NCBI RefSeq assembly: GCF_009914755.1
Contig: NC_060946.1
Reading direction: 5' to 3' (one strand)
Origin: the human T2T-CHM13v2.0 reference genome, Homo sapiens
DNA: 64,000 nt
Shown: piece after piece, positions 39,981-54,395 of the stretch
How the letters are laid out: each line of letters opens with the position of its first letter
Position numbering within the stretch: position 1 is the stretch's first letter
Program-made: the position numbers and the translations under genes
The notes under the pieces: model-generated
Told to the model about the DNA's origin: nothing
Databases searched by the model: none
What the model saw: the letters and a program-made list of their open reading frames with translations, nothing else

Positions 39981-42900
39981 TCCACGGCAGCTGGCTAAGA
40001 GCAGGATTCTGCAGACATGAGGCCGGCTAAGTGCTGGGGTTGGAGCCGGGCAGGAGGAAGGAGTGGACCACAGGCCAGCTTCCCCAACCTAGAACTGTGA
40101 CCCTGGGGCCCTCCTACCCACATGGGGCCCCTGCCCCACTGGGTCCTCTCTACTTGGGCAGACAGTGCAGTCGCCCTAAACGCAGAGCCCAGCAAGCCCA
40201 GCACGCGCAGTGACCGCTGGGCATGTGCGTCCTCCCAGACTCAGGTTCATAGGTCCTCAGACCCCCTCCCCACAGCCTGGGGGCCTCCTCTGCCAAACCC
40301 CCTGCCCCAGGGCCATTTGTTGGCTACCAGGGAGATGGCAGCCCAGGGATGGGGGTCCGGAGGCCCCTCCCTGGGTGGGCTGGGTGAGGAAAGCACCTGG
40401 CCTCGTGTTCTGTTTAAACTGCGGACACCCTCTCTGCTCTCTTTCTACACACTCTTCCTAGGAAGGTGGGGCCTGACCATGTCAGCTCCCCACTGCTGTC
40501 TCACCTGCTGTCACCAGAGGGAAAACTGTGCTATGTAAATGGCACTTCCTGTCCTGGGGCCAGGTGGGGTGGAGGCCCCACATGCTCATGGGGCAGGGTC
40601 AGGACTCACTGCCACATTATCGACCACACCACACCACTGACTGTGGGGGTCACCAACTGAGCCTTGTCACCAACCATACCATGCGGCTGACTGCACCCAC
40701 CAAGACTAGCCACCCATGGTGGCCACGCCCGCCACATTACCACTGAGCCATGCCACCATCCCACCACTGTCCTGTGGCTCCAGGCCCGAAGCTGTGGGCT
40801 GTGAGTCTGGCTGTGGTCAGGGCTCAGCTCACTCGCCTTGAACCGAGCCCTGTGCTCATGGATCTCCCTCCCGAAGCAGCTGTGTGTCCACTCTAAACAT
40901 GCCCCCAGTGAGGTGCCAGAACTGAGCCACACGGTGGTGCGGGGTCGGGGGAGACAGGGGAGGACATGGGGGAGTGGCCACGTGGCGCTCAGTTCTGCCA
41001 GGAAGTGGGTATTGGGCGCAAAGACACGGCTCGGTTCCTGCCGAGACAACTGCTTTTCGTAAACCAACTTCTGAGAGTCGGGTGAGGTGGGCTCTCTCCT
41101 CGCTGCAGCCATGGTAATTGGCTCCAGCCTGGCCCCCCTTGGGGCCTGCCCGCTGGTCTCCATGGCAACCCCTCTGCTGAGCGAGCAGGAGGGGGCATCT
41201 TTTTATGAGATAATCAAACCCAACTTTGCAGCATGGGTTTGTCTTCACAGCCGGGGCCCTGGGATGAGGGAGACGCAGCCAGGTGGGGGGAGGGTGTCCT
41301 CTGACCCCATCCCAGGGGCCAGACTGGTGACTCACCAGCCTCCTCCCTGGCCCCATGGTGGACTGCAGCCCCTCCCCACCCCAAAAGACCTCCCTGGCCC
41401 GTGGCCCCTGACCTGTCCCCTGGGCTCTGCAGCCTCAAGGCCACAAGGCCTCTCTGGCCCTCTCGCCCACCTTTCTCTCTCCTCTATCTGCCTGGCCAAC
41501 TCTAATAGGATGCTCTACTGTCCTTCTGGAGATAGCCTGGCCTCCCTGCCTGCCATCACCCCACTTTCCACTCTCACCCAGTCTCACCCTGGCCCCAGTT
41601 CTCACGGAGCCTCCAGTATGAGCTCTGTCCTTCCTGCCCCTTGCACACGGGGTGAGCAACCAGCCCTGCCATGGCCCCAGCTCTCACAGAGAAACCACGG
41701 ATAGCGTGCCTGTCCACCGTCCCCACCCAGGTTGGCCCTGCGGCCACCTGAGCCTGCGAGGGCCCCAGAGGGCTCTCCTCAGCCTCCAAGCTGCACACAA
41801 ACTGGTACATCTGTGCCTCTCCCACCCTCCCAGGCCAATTAACATCTCTTCTTTCCTCCAGGGTCTCCTCCTGGGACCTCCCCGGAGGATGGCCCTGCTG
41901 GCTGTCAGGGCTGGGTCATAGCTAGGAGCTCCTGTCTCAGCCCAGGCCTGGCTCAGGAGCCACAGTCAGGGGAGGGCTGGCTCTCCTGCCTGGAAGGCTC
42001 TGAGCTTTCCCAGCGGGGACAGTGACCGGATACTGACCCAGAGCCTCTCCCTGCGGCAGCCAGACTGGGCAGGGTAGGACCCAGGATCACCAGGCTGAAG
42101 GCCCAGGAGGCTGGGCAGCAAACAGTCCAGGACGCATCCCCCTGACGGGAGCAACAGGCAGCCCAGGTGGGCACCTGCACCATCAGTTCTGGTGAGTGGA
42201 GGGCTGTTCACGTTCACTGCAGGAGGGAGTGTGGCGGGGGGAGGAGGAGGTGGGAGGAGAGCGAGGAGGGCAGGAGCAGAGGGGAGGGGTGGAGAAGGGG
42301 GATGGGGAGGTGGCGGTGGGAGGCTCTGGGGATATGCCCAGCCATTGGGCAGGCAGGCGGCTGCTGAGGTCAGCAGCTCACCCCAGCAGCCCAGGGAGCT
42401 GAGCCGAGCCGAGCAGGGATGGCCTTCTTCATGTGGTCCCTGGCCCCCACTGTTCCTGGGGCCCCGCCCACCTCCGTGCCCTCCCAAGCTTGGGCTGAAG
42501 TTCCACAGGGATGCCTTTGCCTCTGCCCAGCGATGCCAGGAGGCAGCACAGGGCAGGCAGCTGTGGAGGCGCCGAGCACCGGCTTTCATCCACGCACAGC
42601 TTGGTGCCCTCGGGCCCCAATGCCGCCCCTGGGCTGGGATCACCGGAGGGTCCCATCACCTGCTATAAAAAGTGAGACAGCAATACATTTACAGATTAGG
42701 AAACTGAGGCAGTGAGTGGTTAAGCCCTGCCCTGCTCCCACTCCAGACTACCCAGGTGGAGAGGCGGCCAAGGGAGACACTCACAGTGCTGCCCGGAGGG
42801 GCCACGAGGCATGTCCTGCCCAAGCAGGAAGGCTGGCGGCCTGGCTAGTAATGGGGGAGGGTGTGGAGGGGCTGGGCTGCAGGCCACGTGCAGAGGGGCA

Positions 42901-43924
42901 GGCAGCGCCCTCCTGTGTCATGGGTGGCCGGGAGGGGAATCTCCAGGGAGGCTCTGAGCTGCTGCTTCCCAGGGCTGGGGTAAGAGGCTGCAGAGGGCTG
43001 GGGCTGGGGGTGGGACCAGCTGTAGCACAGCCGGGACATCAGTCAGCTCAGGATCCTCTCGGACACCAGCCATGTCCCCGTGAGGCGGTCACGTCACAGA
43101 CCACAGTTATGAGGCAGAACAGGAGGCCACAGCTCAGTGCACCAAGGCCAGAAATAGCTCCAGGCGGGGGTGGCGGGCCTATGTCATCCCCACACCACAG
43201 AGGGTCAGGGCACCCCTCCCACGCCTGCTCCCCACTCCTGGCCCTCCACCACTGACTCACTCCCCCCGCCCCCCACCCATCTGTCCCCCGATCCTCGCTT
43301 GCTTCTCACATGTACACCCACCCGCCATCCATCCTCAGGCCCACAGACACGTGCAGGGGCAGCCAGAATTCCCATGGTGTTTCCTGTGCCCTTCCAGGGC
43401 TCCAGGTGCTGCGGCAGGAGATTGGCAGCAGCTTCTGGTGGGGGCAGTCTGCCCTTGAGGGGTCCTGAATCTCCTAGGGAAGTGAGTACCAGCCCCTGAT
43501 GCCCTGGCCCTGGCCCCTGCTCCTTGTTGATCTTGGCTGCAGGGGCAGGGTAGGCAGACCAGGTCAATAACAGGCAAGGACACCTGCCATGGTGAGAGGT
43601 CACTGGACCCAGACTGAAGCAGCTCCAGGCCTAGCTAGCTACATGCTGTGGGGGAAACTGAGGCCCAGTGTGGGCAGAGCCTTCAGGACTGGCCTCCTGA
43701 GTGTGCCTAGTGCTTCCTCAGCCCCCTCGGCTCCACTCTTTGCCCTGGCCGGCAGGGCTCGTCCCTGCCCCGTGATGCTGGGCTCACCAGAGACAACGAG
43801 ATGTAGGTAGGTCCAGGGCCAGCAGGCCAGGCCAGAGGCTGGGCCCTTCAATCCAGCAAATTCTCTTGGAGGGGGTGTCAAGTTTATTGACCCATTTTAC
43901 AAATGAGGAACATAAGAACTGGTG

Positions 43925-44070
43925 TGGGTATAATCAATAGCAAACACAATCCAAGGTCAAATCCAACCATATGCTACTTACAAGAAACATGCCTAAAAGT
44001 ACACAAAATCTTGCAATTAAAGATATTATCAGAAAAATAATAACAAGTAAAGCAGGAGAAGCCACAGCCC
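43925..44070 (+). mobile_element. Old L1 ORF2 endonuclease fragment
   Basis: 43960-43998 translates as NPTICYLQETCLK (L1 EN motif xPxxCCxQETHL) and 44049-44066 as KAGEAT (cf. KAGVAI). Confidence 0.7.
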
Positions 44071-44925
44071 CAGGGCTAGCGGGCTTCCCAGTCTCATGGC
44101 CCCAGGGGTGCGAAAAGGTCTTGCTGGGCAGTAAAGGCTCAGCCACCCCCGCTCCTAACCTGAGCTCCACAGTCCTGTTTCCAGCCAGCAGGGCACCTGA
44201 GAGGGTACACCTTTCAAGTCACAGACACTGAAGCTAGCAGAGGATGGCCTGGCCCAGGTGAGAGCTGGCAGCCCTGGATGGCACCCTCACCCCAAGGACA
44301 CATCAACGTGGGCCACACCGTGCAGGATCATCCACTCGCTTGGCCCTCCCTCCGTACCTTGGCAAGGTGTGAAGTGGCCCCTGTCCCAGGTGCTGTGCTG
44401 AGTGCCGCCCATACAAGACCAGGCCGAGGAGCCGGGTCCCAGGCACTCACGGTCCAGGGCCAGCTGACCACGGGCAGCCACCCTGCTGCATGGCAGGTGC
44501 CCTATGGGAGAGTTAGGAGCCACAGAGGCCTGAGCCAGCCCCAGGCAGCATGAGGATGTTGGCAGGAGCCCAGGAGCCCACTACCAGCCAAAGGGTCTTG
44601 GCAGAGCCCCAAGTGGGCAGGATCCTTGGCCTAGCACCTAGGCCTCGAGGATTCATCTTTGGTCAATGCTGGGCTGCCTGCGTGGAGGGCTCCAGAACCT
44701 TGCCCCATCCAGCCCATACACCCCTCACTGGAGGTGCACCCTCCTCGGCTCCCACCCCAGTGAGCCCCACACTGGGGGCCCCTGGAGGCTCTGCCCAGTG
44801 GAGGCCTCGCCCAGCCCAGGGCACAGCCAGTGCCCCCTTGCCCCACAGGAGGCTTGAGCCCACCTGCTCCTCCATGCTCCACCAGGAGCCAACAAACACC
44901 TGCTGCCTAATTATCTGGAGAATCC

Positions 44926-45003
44926 TGTCTCCACCAAGGGCTCATCTTGGTCCTGCAGCTAATTCAATCCAGCAGCCAGAGCAAGCTGAGTCCCCAGAGG
45001 ACA
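44926..45003 (-). ncRNA. MIR1286: pre-miR-1286 hairpin; mature miR-1286 at 44957-44937
   Basis: Minus strand reads UGUCCUCUGGGGACUCAGCUUG...UGCAGGACCAAGAUGAGCCCUUGGUGGAGACA (78 nt, complementary ends) and contains the recognised mature sequence UGCAGGACCAAGAUGAGCCCU. It is intronic and sense to RTN4R. Confidence 0.93.
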
Positions 45004-46019
45004 CTAATGAGCAAGTGACCGGTGGCCGGCCTGCTCCCACCCTGGGGACGCACTCTGAGCCAGGTCTGGGCCCAGCACTGCCATACACCTGCCTCCCATG
45101 CCCATCTGCCTGCCTGACCCTGCCCGCTACCTGGTGCCTAGCCCTGCAGGGCCCACATCCACTCCCATGGGCTAGCATCCAGACCTAAGCCCCAGCCCTC
45201 CCACACTCCCCCAGGACCCTGGATCTGCTGCATGCACAAGGCTGACCACTGCCTGTGAGCCCAGAGTGTCGGCCTTGACAGGGCAGGAGGAAGTACAAGA
45301 GCACATGCTCAGGGTGCACGAGCCAGGAGCACAGACTCAGTGCATGCAATGGGACCCCTGGGGGTGCACACGATAGGCGTGCATACCGGAAACACACAAT
45401 AAGAGCCCCCAGGGCTGGTCAGGGCTCAGGCAGAGTCCACTGAGCAGTAGAGGGTTGCTGGGATGCGAGCCCCTCCCAGGAGCCAGGGCCCGGCTGGAGG
45501 GTCTGCATGCCGCTGCGGCAGAGGAAGATGTGTAGGCACATCCCCATGTGTTCTCTTGCCCTCAGCATTTGTAAAACATGATCAACCAGGCAGGCGAGCG
45601 GCCTCTGTCCGAGCAGAATTTATTCTGCTGTGAAAAGACACGTGTGGGTCCTGAGGCTCTTGCCGGCTTGTTCTCAGCAGCCTTGGATCAGCCTCAGTCA
45701 GCAGAACAGCAGCTGGACAGGCTCCCATTGGAGCCATCCCAGGGACTGCCCAGCCCTTCACATTAGAAACTGAGCTGGGGGCAGCAGCTGGCCCACGGCA
45801 CATAAGCAGTGCCTGCTAAGACCACAGAGAAGCTCAGCCAGGCAGGGCCAGTGGGATCCAGCACTCCCCAGGGGATGAGGAATCTAAGAGGCAGGAGAGG
45901 ATCCTCCTCAGCCTGGGATGTTCCCATTGGAATTCCCCCAGCCAAGGCCAGAGCTCCGTGTCCGGGGGCCAGAGTGGAACCCTTGTCAGAGCCGACAGGC
46001 CTTGGCCTCCTATTCTACT

Positions 46020-46226
46020 GGCACCTGGCAAACTGGCCCAAGGGCTGGCTGCTGCTTCTGTAAAGGATGTGCTATTGGCAGCCAGCCACACCTATGTGTT
46101 CACGCATTGTCCATGGCTGCTTTCCCGCAACAACAGCAGAGCTGAGTTGTTATGACACACTGTGTGGCCCACAAAGCTGGAATTATTTAGTATCACACCA
46201 TTCACACAAACAGTTTGCCGACCTGG
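46020..46226 (+). mobile_element. MER58A (hAT-Charlie) MITE
   Basis: GGCAAACT...AGTTTGCCGACC terminal inverted repeats. Internal CAGCCACACC..ATTGTCCATGGCTGCTTT..GCAGAGCTGAGT..TGGCCCACAAAGC matches MER58A as recalled. Confidence 0.85.
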
Positions 46227-46601
46227 TTTGTGAGCAAGCCGAGTGTGGGTGCTGCCACCTTCACCCTCACAATGGCCCCAGCAGTTCACTCAGACCCCCA
46301 CTAATGAAAAGGAAACCAAGGGTCAGAGAAGACCACGGTCCTGCTGAAGTCACATAGCCAGGTGAACAGAGCCCAGCAACCTCAGTGCAGGCTCAGCTCT
46401 GTGGAGACCTGGGCAAGGTCAGCATCTCACGGAGGCCTAGGGTGAGGGGTTCTAGGCAAGAAAGAGACTCAGAAATACTGAAATACTCTGCAGGTCAAAA
46501 CAGAAATGATCATTTTTCTAAAGAGGCTGTCAGGAGTCTCACAGTCAAATATGCATAAAATAGGACAACCTAACACAAATAAGTTGGGAGGGGTGGCTCA
46601 C

Positions 46602-46675
46602 ACCTCAGCCTCCTGAGTAGCTGGGATTACACACACACACATGCATGCACACACACACACACACACATACACACA
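46602..46675. repeat. Short antisense Alu fragment fused to a (CA)n microsatellite
   Basis: CCTCAGCCTCCTGAGTAGCTGGGATTAC runs directly into an interrupted (CA)n. Confidence 0.8.
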
Positions 46676-47269
46676 AAGAGAACAAAATGGTTGTAAGGAG
46701 AGGGGGACAGCAGAGGAAGTGCTGAATGACACAGTCCGGCTTCGGAGGAAAGGACTTGGGTGGCACTTCAGAGGAGACAAATCCAGTGCAGGTAGTTTTG
46801 AAGAGGGCAGCCGTTTAACTGAGGTAGGGGGTCTCTGGGGACAGGGCCCCTCCATGCCAGTCCACCCACCTTGGAACCCTGCAGAGGCTGGGCCGAGGCC
46901 TCTCCCTGCACCTTGTATCAGGGACTCTGGCCAGGTCACACCAAGGTGGCTTATGACCCATTAACATCAAGCTGCCTCCCTGGGCTGGACAGGGCCTGGA
47001 AAGAGGTGACCTGGGCAGATCCGTGTCGATGTACTTCCCAGGACATCAGGATTCCAGCCTCTGCTAAAGGGATCTTCACAGTTAATAACAAAGAAATATT
47101 AAAGATGAGAACACTTGGTGCAGGAAACAAGAGAGGAAAGGGAGTGCGGTCCCTCCTTGCAAACAGGATGCCCTGGACCACCCTCCACGGCCTCAGGCCT
47201 GGATGCTCCTGCAGACCCATAGCCAAGATTGTGAAGGAAAAGTAGGCTGTGGAGGCATTTTCTGTCCTT

Positions 47270-49322
47270 GTTATCATCATTGTAAACATACTCATCATCA
47301 CCATCACCATCCTCATCACCATCACCACCACTATCACCACCATAATCATCATCAGCAGCATCATCACCATCATCACCACCACTATCATCATTACCATCCT
47401 CATTACCATCACTATCACCACCATCATCTTCATCACCATCCTCATCACCATCACCATCCTCAACACCATCCTCAACACCATCATCACCATCACTATCATC
47501 ATCACCATCACCATCCTCAACACCATCATCACCATCACTATCACCACCACTATCATCCTCATCACCATCCTCATCACCATCACCAGCCTCAACACCATCA
47601 TCACCAACACTATCACCATCATTATCATCATCACCATCCTCATCACCCTCACCATCCTCATCACCATCATCACTATCACTATCACCACCATCATCATCAC
47701 CATCACCATCCTCATCACCATCACCATCCTCAATATCATCACCATCACTATCATCATCACCATCCTCATCACTATCACCATCATCATCATCCTCATCACC
47801 ATGACCATCATCACCATCCTCATCACCATCACCACTATCACCATCAGTATCACCATCACTATCATCATCACCATCATCCTCATCACCATCATTACCATCA
47901 CTATCATCATCACCATCCTCATCACTATTATCACCATTACCATCAACACCATCACTATCACCATCACCATCCTCATCACCATCACCATGACCATCATCAC
48001 CATCCTCATCACCATCATCTTTATCCTCATCACCATCACTATAACCATCATCACCATCCTCATCCTCATTATCCCCATCACCATCCTCATCACCATCACC
48101 ATCAGCAACCTCATCACCATCACCATCAGCATCCTCATCACTATCATCACCATCCTCATCACCATCACCATCATCACCATCCTCATCACCATCACCATTA
48201 TCACCATCCTCATCACCACCATCACAATCACTATACCATCACTAGCATCATCATCATCACCATCCTCATCACCATCATCACATCACTATCATCACCATCA
48301 TCATTATCACCATCAGTATCACCATCACTATCATCATCATCAGCACCATCCTCATCAACATCACCATTATCCTCATCACCATCATTACCATCACTATCAT
48401 CATCACCATCCTTATGATCATCATCATTACCATCATCACCATCACTATCACCATCATCACCATCCTCATCACCATCATCACCATGACCATCATCACTATC
48501 CTCATCACCATCATCCTAATCCTCATCACCATCACTATAAACACCATCACCATCCCCATCATCCCCATCACCATCCTCATCACCATCAGCATCAGCATCC
48601 TCATCACTATCATCATCACCATCATCATCCTCATCACCATCATGACCATCCTCATCCTTGTCACTTCATCACCATCAGCATCCCAATCGCCATCATCAGC
48701 ATCCTCATCACCATCATCACCACCATCCTTATCCTCATCACTATCATCATCACCATCATCACCACCATCCTTATCCTCATCACTATCATCATCACCATCA
48801 TCACCATCATCCTCATCCTCATCACCATCATCACCATCATCACATCATTATCATCACCATCCTCATCACCATCACCACTATCACCATCAGTATCACCATC
48901 ACTATCATCATCACCATCCTCATCATCACCATCATCCTCATCACCATCATTACCATCACTATCATCACCATCCTCATCACTATCATCACCATTACCATCA
49001 TCACCATCACCACCACTATCATCATCATCACCATCACCATCATCATCATCCTCATCACCATCACCATCACCACCATCCTTATCCTCATCACTATCACCAT
49101 CACCATCACCATCATCACCATCCTCATCCTCATCACCATCATCACATCACTATCATCACCATCCTCATCACAATCACTATCATCACCATCACCATCCTCA
49201 TCACCATCGTCCTCATCACCATCACCGCCATCAGCATCCTCATCACTATCATCATCACCATCCTCATCCCTGTCACCATCATCGTCTTCATCATCATCAC
49301 CGTCATCATCACTATCATCACA
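47270..49322. repeat. Degenerate (CAT/CAC)n trinucleotide array, ~2.05 kb, in RTN4R intron 1
   Basis: Almost G-free plus strand built of CAT, CAC, CCT and TAT triplets. A short satellite copy lies at ~49712-49755. Confidence 0.98.
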
Positions 49323-50719
49323 CCAGCTCTGTGCAAGGCCCTTAGATAAAGGGCAGCCTGGGGCTGACCTCACACAAGGATAGGAAGCCCCAGGTGAGCA
49401 ATGGGTCAGTACTGGGTCGACACCAGATATCCCTGGGCAGAGGCCCTGGCCCAAGGATGGGGAAGGGAAGAGGACAAGGGATGGGGAGTAAGAAATGAGG
49501 GCCCCTCGCCTCCCTGGGACAGCCCAAGGTGCAGCCTTTCCTCATTCCTGGAGGTTTCAGGATATCCCTGTGCTGCATCCTCCCATTGTACGGTGAGGGG
49601 GTGACTGCCAACCCACTCCTCAGATGAGGCACTGACTGAGGCAAGTGCCTTGCTGGCCACCTTGCAAGGCCAGGAGACAGTGCACACAATCTGGACTCCA
49701 AGATCTCTGCCCACCCCCATCTTCATCACCACTATCCTTATCACCATCATCATCCCCAGGCGACCAGAGCAGACCCTGAGCCCCAGGGATGACACAGCAG
49801 GGAGGGGCAGCCACTCTGGGCTCCCTAGTCCCCCATGGCACCTCAACCTCAGCCCAGGAGGCTGCCCTCCCAGGGATGGCTGAAAGTGGGCCCTGGGGTC
49901 TTGCAGCCCTGGGCTCAGATGTAGCCTCTGCACCCCCTCACAGAGTAGGCAGAGAATCTGCCAGCCCCCTCCAAATCTGTCCCCACACCAGTGATGTGAG
50001 GACAATGAGAGGCCAGCACCTACCTCCCCCCAGGACCCCAAAGAAACCCCACCCAGGCCCCCACCCAGCATCCTGCCTCCCCAGAGGCCTGCCAATGTGA
50101 CCTGGGTCAGCCTCGTCTCAGGTGAGGAGTCCAGGGAGGCAAGGTACAGCTCACAGCGTCCCAGAGCCACACGGACCCCTCTGCTCCAGCGGTCTTGCAA
50201 GGCCACTCTGGCCTGGCCTGGCAGTAGCCCTGCTTTATTGAGGAGATATGGCAGGCAGGATCCTGGCTGCATCTGGGCTGGAAGAGGGGGCAGCAGCCAG
50301 GCTGTGCTACAAACCCACCTGGAGCCACTTCCTCGCTGCTTCTGCCCATCTCAGCCTCAGCAGAGAAAGAAGGCTTGAGGACAGGCCTGGTGCAGCCTGA
50401 CTCATCTCATGAGAGACCCGGCCTGTGCTCAGAGTCGAGTTGCTGTGGCTTCTCATGCAACACTGATGGTCCCCCTCCCCTGCTCACCCACCATGTGTTA
50501 GACACGGGGATCTGCATGAAAGACACGTGTTCCTCCCCTTCCAGAGACCCACCGAAATGAGGGTGATGCAGAGTGAGGAGTGGGGAGCACAGTGGCAGGC
50601 TGCTCCCCTGGAGAAACACCCAGAGAAAGGGGTTCCACCACTGGTATCCAGGAGCACCCAGGGCCGATGGGCAGAAGAAAAGCTCCATCTCAGCAGAGCA
50701 GCCAACCAGCTTCCCTCAT

Positions 50720-52420
<1,701 letters not shown>

Positions 52421-54089
52421 AGGTGGAGACAAATGTAGGTTAGAAGCAGGTGTCTCCAAGGTGCAGGAGGAGAGCGAGGGACAGTGAGAGCTCAAGAGCA
52501 CCTGGACATACAGCCCCAGGGCAGCTGGCATCTGGCCAGGGAGGATCCACATGCTGCTTTTTGGTCCCCTGCTCGGCCAAGGGTGGCTGAGGATACATCT
52601 GGGTCTCCCAGGACACTATGGGCTCTTGGCCCCAGAGACTCTGCAATCCAGACACCCGAAGGGGCAGCTTCTGGCCTAAAAGCCCAACTCTGTGCTTGGG
52701 CCTTCCCTGCAGGCCAGGCAGCTGCTTCCCTGAACCAGCCTCAGAGTTCCTGCCTGCCCACCCAGCCCAGCCCTCACACTGTGATGAAGCCCCACCCCTG
52801 GATTCCCCTTACCCCTGCCCGCTCCTGTCCCCTCCTTGTCACAGATCTGAGCCCCCCACTCCAGGCTGGGGCCCCTCAGGAGCCGGGGGTAGGGGTGTGT
52901 GGTCAACACCCAGCAGGGGTCGCCTAGCACTGGGGTGGGTGTGCAGCCCCCAGCCTCCTTTCTGACCGTGCACACGGGCTTCTCTCAGCTGCTATGAGAG
53001 CCCCCAATGCGTCTCCACAACCAAACCGAGGCACGCACGCAGCGGCGACGTGAATAAGTAATTGCTCTTTTATTAACAAGTGATAAATTATTCCTATATG
53101 ATTGTGTGTGATAACTCTTCCTTATTTGAAATCAATTTGGGATGGAAACTGTTGTCGGCTTCTCATCCACGAGGGTGGGAGGCCCAGGTGCCGCTGCCTC
53201 TTGGAAAACGAGGTCAGTGTATTTCAGCTACTTCCTGAGGCTGATGCGCCGCCCCACTGCGCAGGGCCAGTGGAAGGGGGTCAGCTGCCCTCCGGGAGGC
53301 GGGGCAGTCCGGCCTTATTTCCTCAGCATCTCTGTCTGGGACCCACGCCACTGAGCCCAGGGCACAGAGGGGTCCCTCAAGTCCAAGGCCACACTGGGCG
53401 TCACCACAGGGTCATCAGGGGTCAGGGGGCCATGCACAGGCCATACTGCATTCATCCCCCCATGTAAGCCCCAAAGACTGGGCAGCCTGACCTTTCATCC
53501 CACAGAGGACACTCCAGCACCCAGCTGGTCTCCTGGCCTGCCCGGGCCACCCCACGGTGGCTTCTCAAACCTGCAAAGGCATAAGCCATTCTCCTAAAAT
53601 TGTCCTGATGATTTTACAACAGCCCTGGCCCCATCCCCTTTTCTTCCTCCCCCAGCCTCACAGAGGAGGGTTCAGGGACTCAGCCTGTTCAGGGCAGCCC
53701 CTGGGCCAGGCCTCAGCACCTCTTCTGTTAATGCATATTTAAAACCTTGCAACCCACCGGGCAGCCAGCCAGCCGGTGCCTCCCTCCCAGGCCAGGCCTG
53801 CAGGAAGCCATGCCCCATCCCGCTCACTCCTCCACTGGCTGCTTCTCCGACCCCGATCATGGCTGCAGCAGGCCTGGAGGCCCGGTCACCCCCAGGCCCA
53901 GTCACATGGCCCTACTCAGGCACCACCTGTGCTTCTTGGCTGGGTTTCTCATCTGAGAAATGGGAAGGCTGGGTCTGGGTGAGGCACTTCTGTGGGCCCA
54001 CTCCCACGGTCTCCTTGACACCCCTCCACCTTCTGCCCACTGCCAGGGTGCCCATTCCACTCCACACCTCGCTGGCCCACTTAGCAGGC

Positions 54090-54200
54090 TTCTGTGTAGC
54101 TTGTTTCTGTCGGTTGAGGCACCCTGGGCTTTGGGCTCCACAGGGGCTGGTGACCCGCATACAGGAGGTGCTCCATAAATGTTAGTCATGTGAATGCACT
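54090..54200 (+). mobile_element. L2 3' end fragment
   Basis: CATACAGGAGGTGCTCCATAAATGTTAG..TGAATG resembles the L2 terminus. Similar tails occur at ~4555-4600, 19125-19170, 23115-23155 and 61680-61725. Confidence 0.55.
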
Positions 54201-54395
54201 AAATGCTCACCACTAAGGGCAAGTGGCAGGCTTTGTGCAGCTATAGAGACAGCATTCCCCAGGATGTCCAGCCCTGGGAGAGAGCCTTGGCCCACAGCCC
54301 ATGAGGCAACGGATGTTCCTGGGTTGGGGGCATGGCTCCAGCACCCCAGTGCCAAGGGCACGGTCTCTAAGTAGCAACATGGATAGCTTTACTTC

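Noticed and set aside
46951-49454. Long ORFs (698, 426, 404, 311, 241 and 204 aa) of poly-His, Ile/Thr, Met/Val or Ser/Pro
   Set aside because: They are translations of the (CAT/CAC)n array, whose composition rarely forms stop codons. There is no gene structure.
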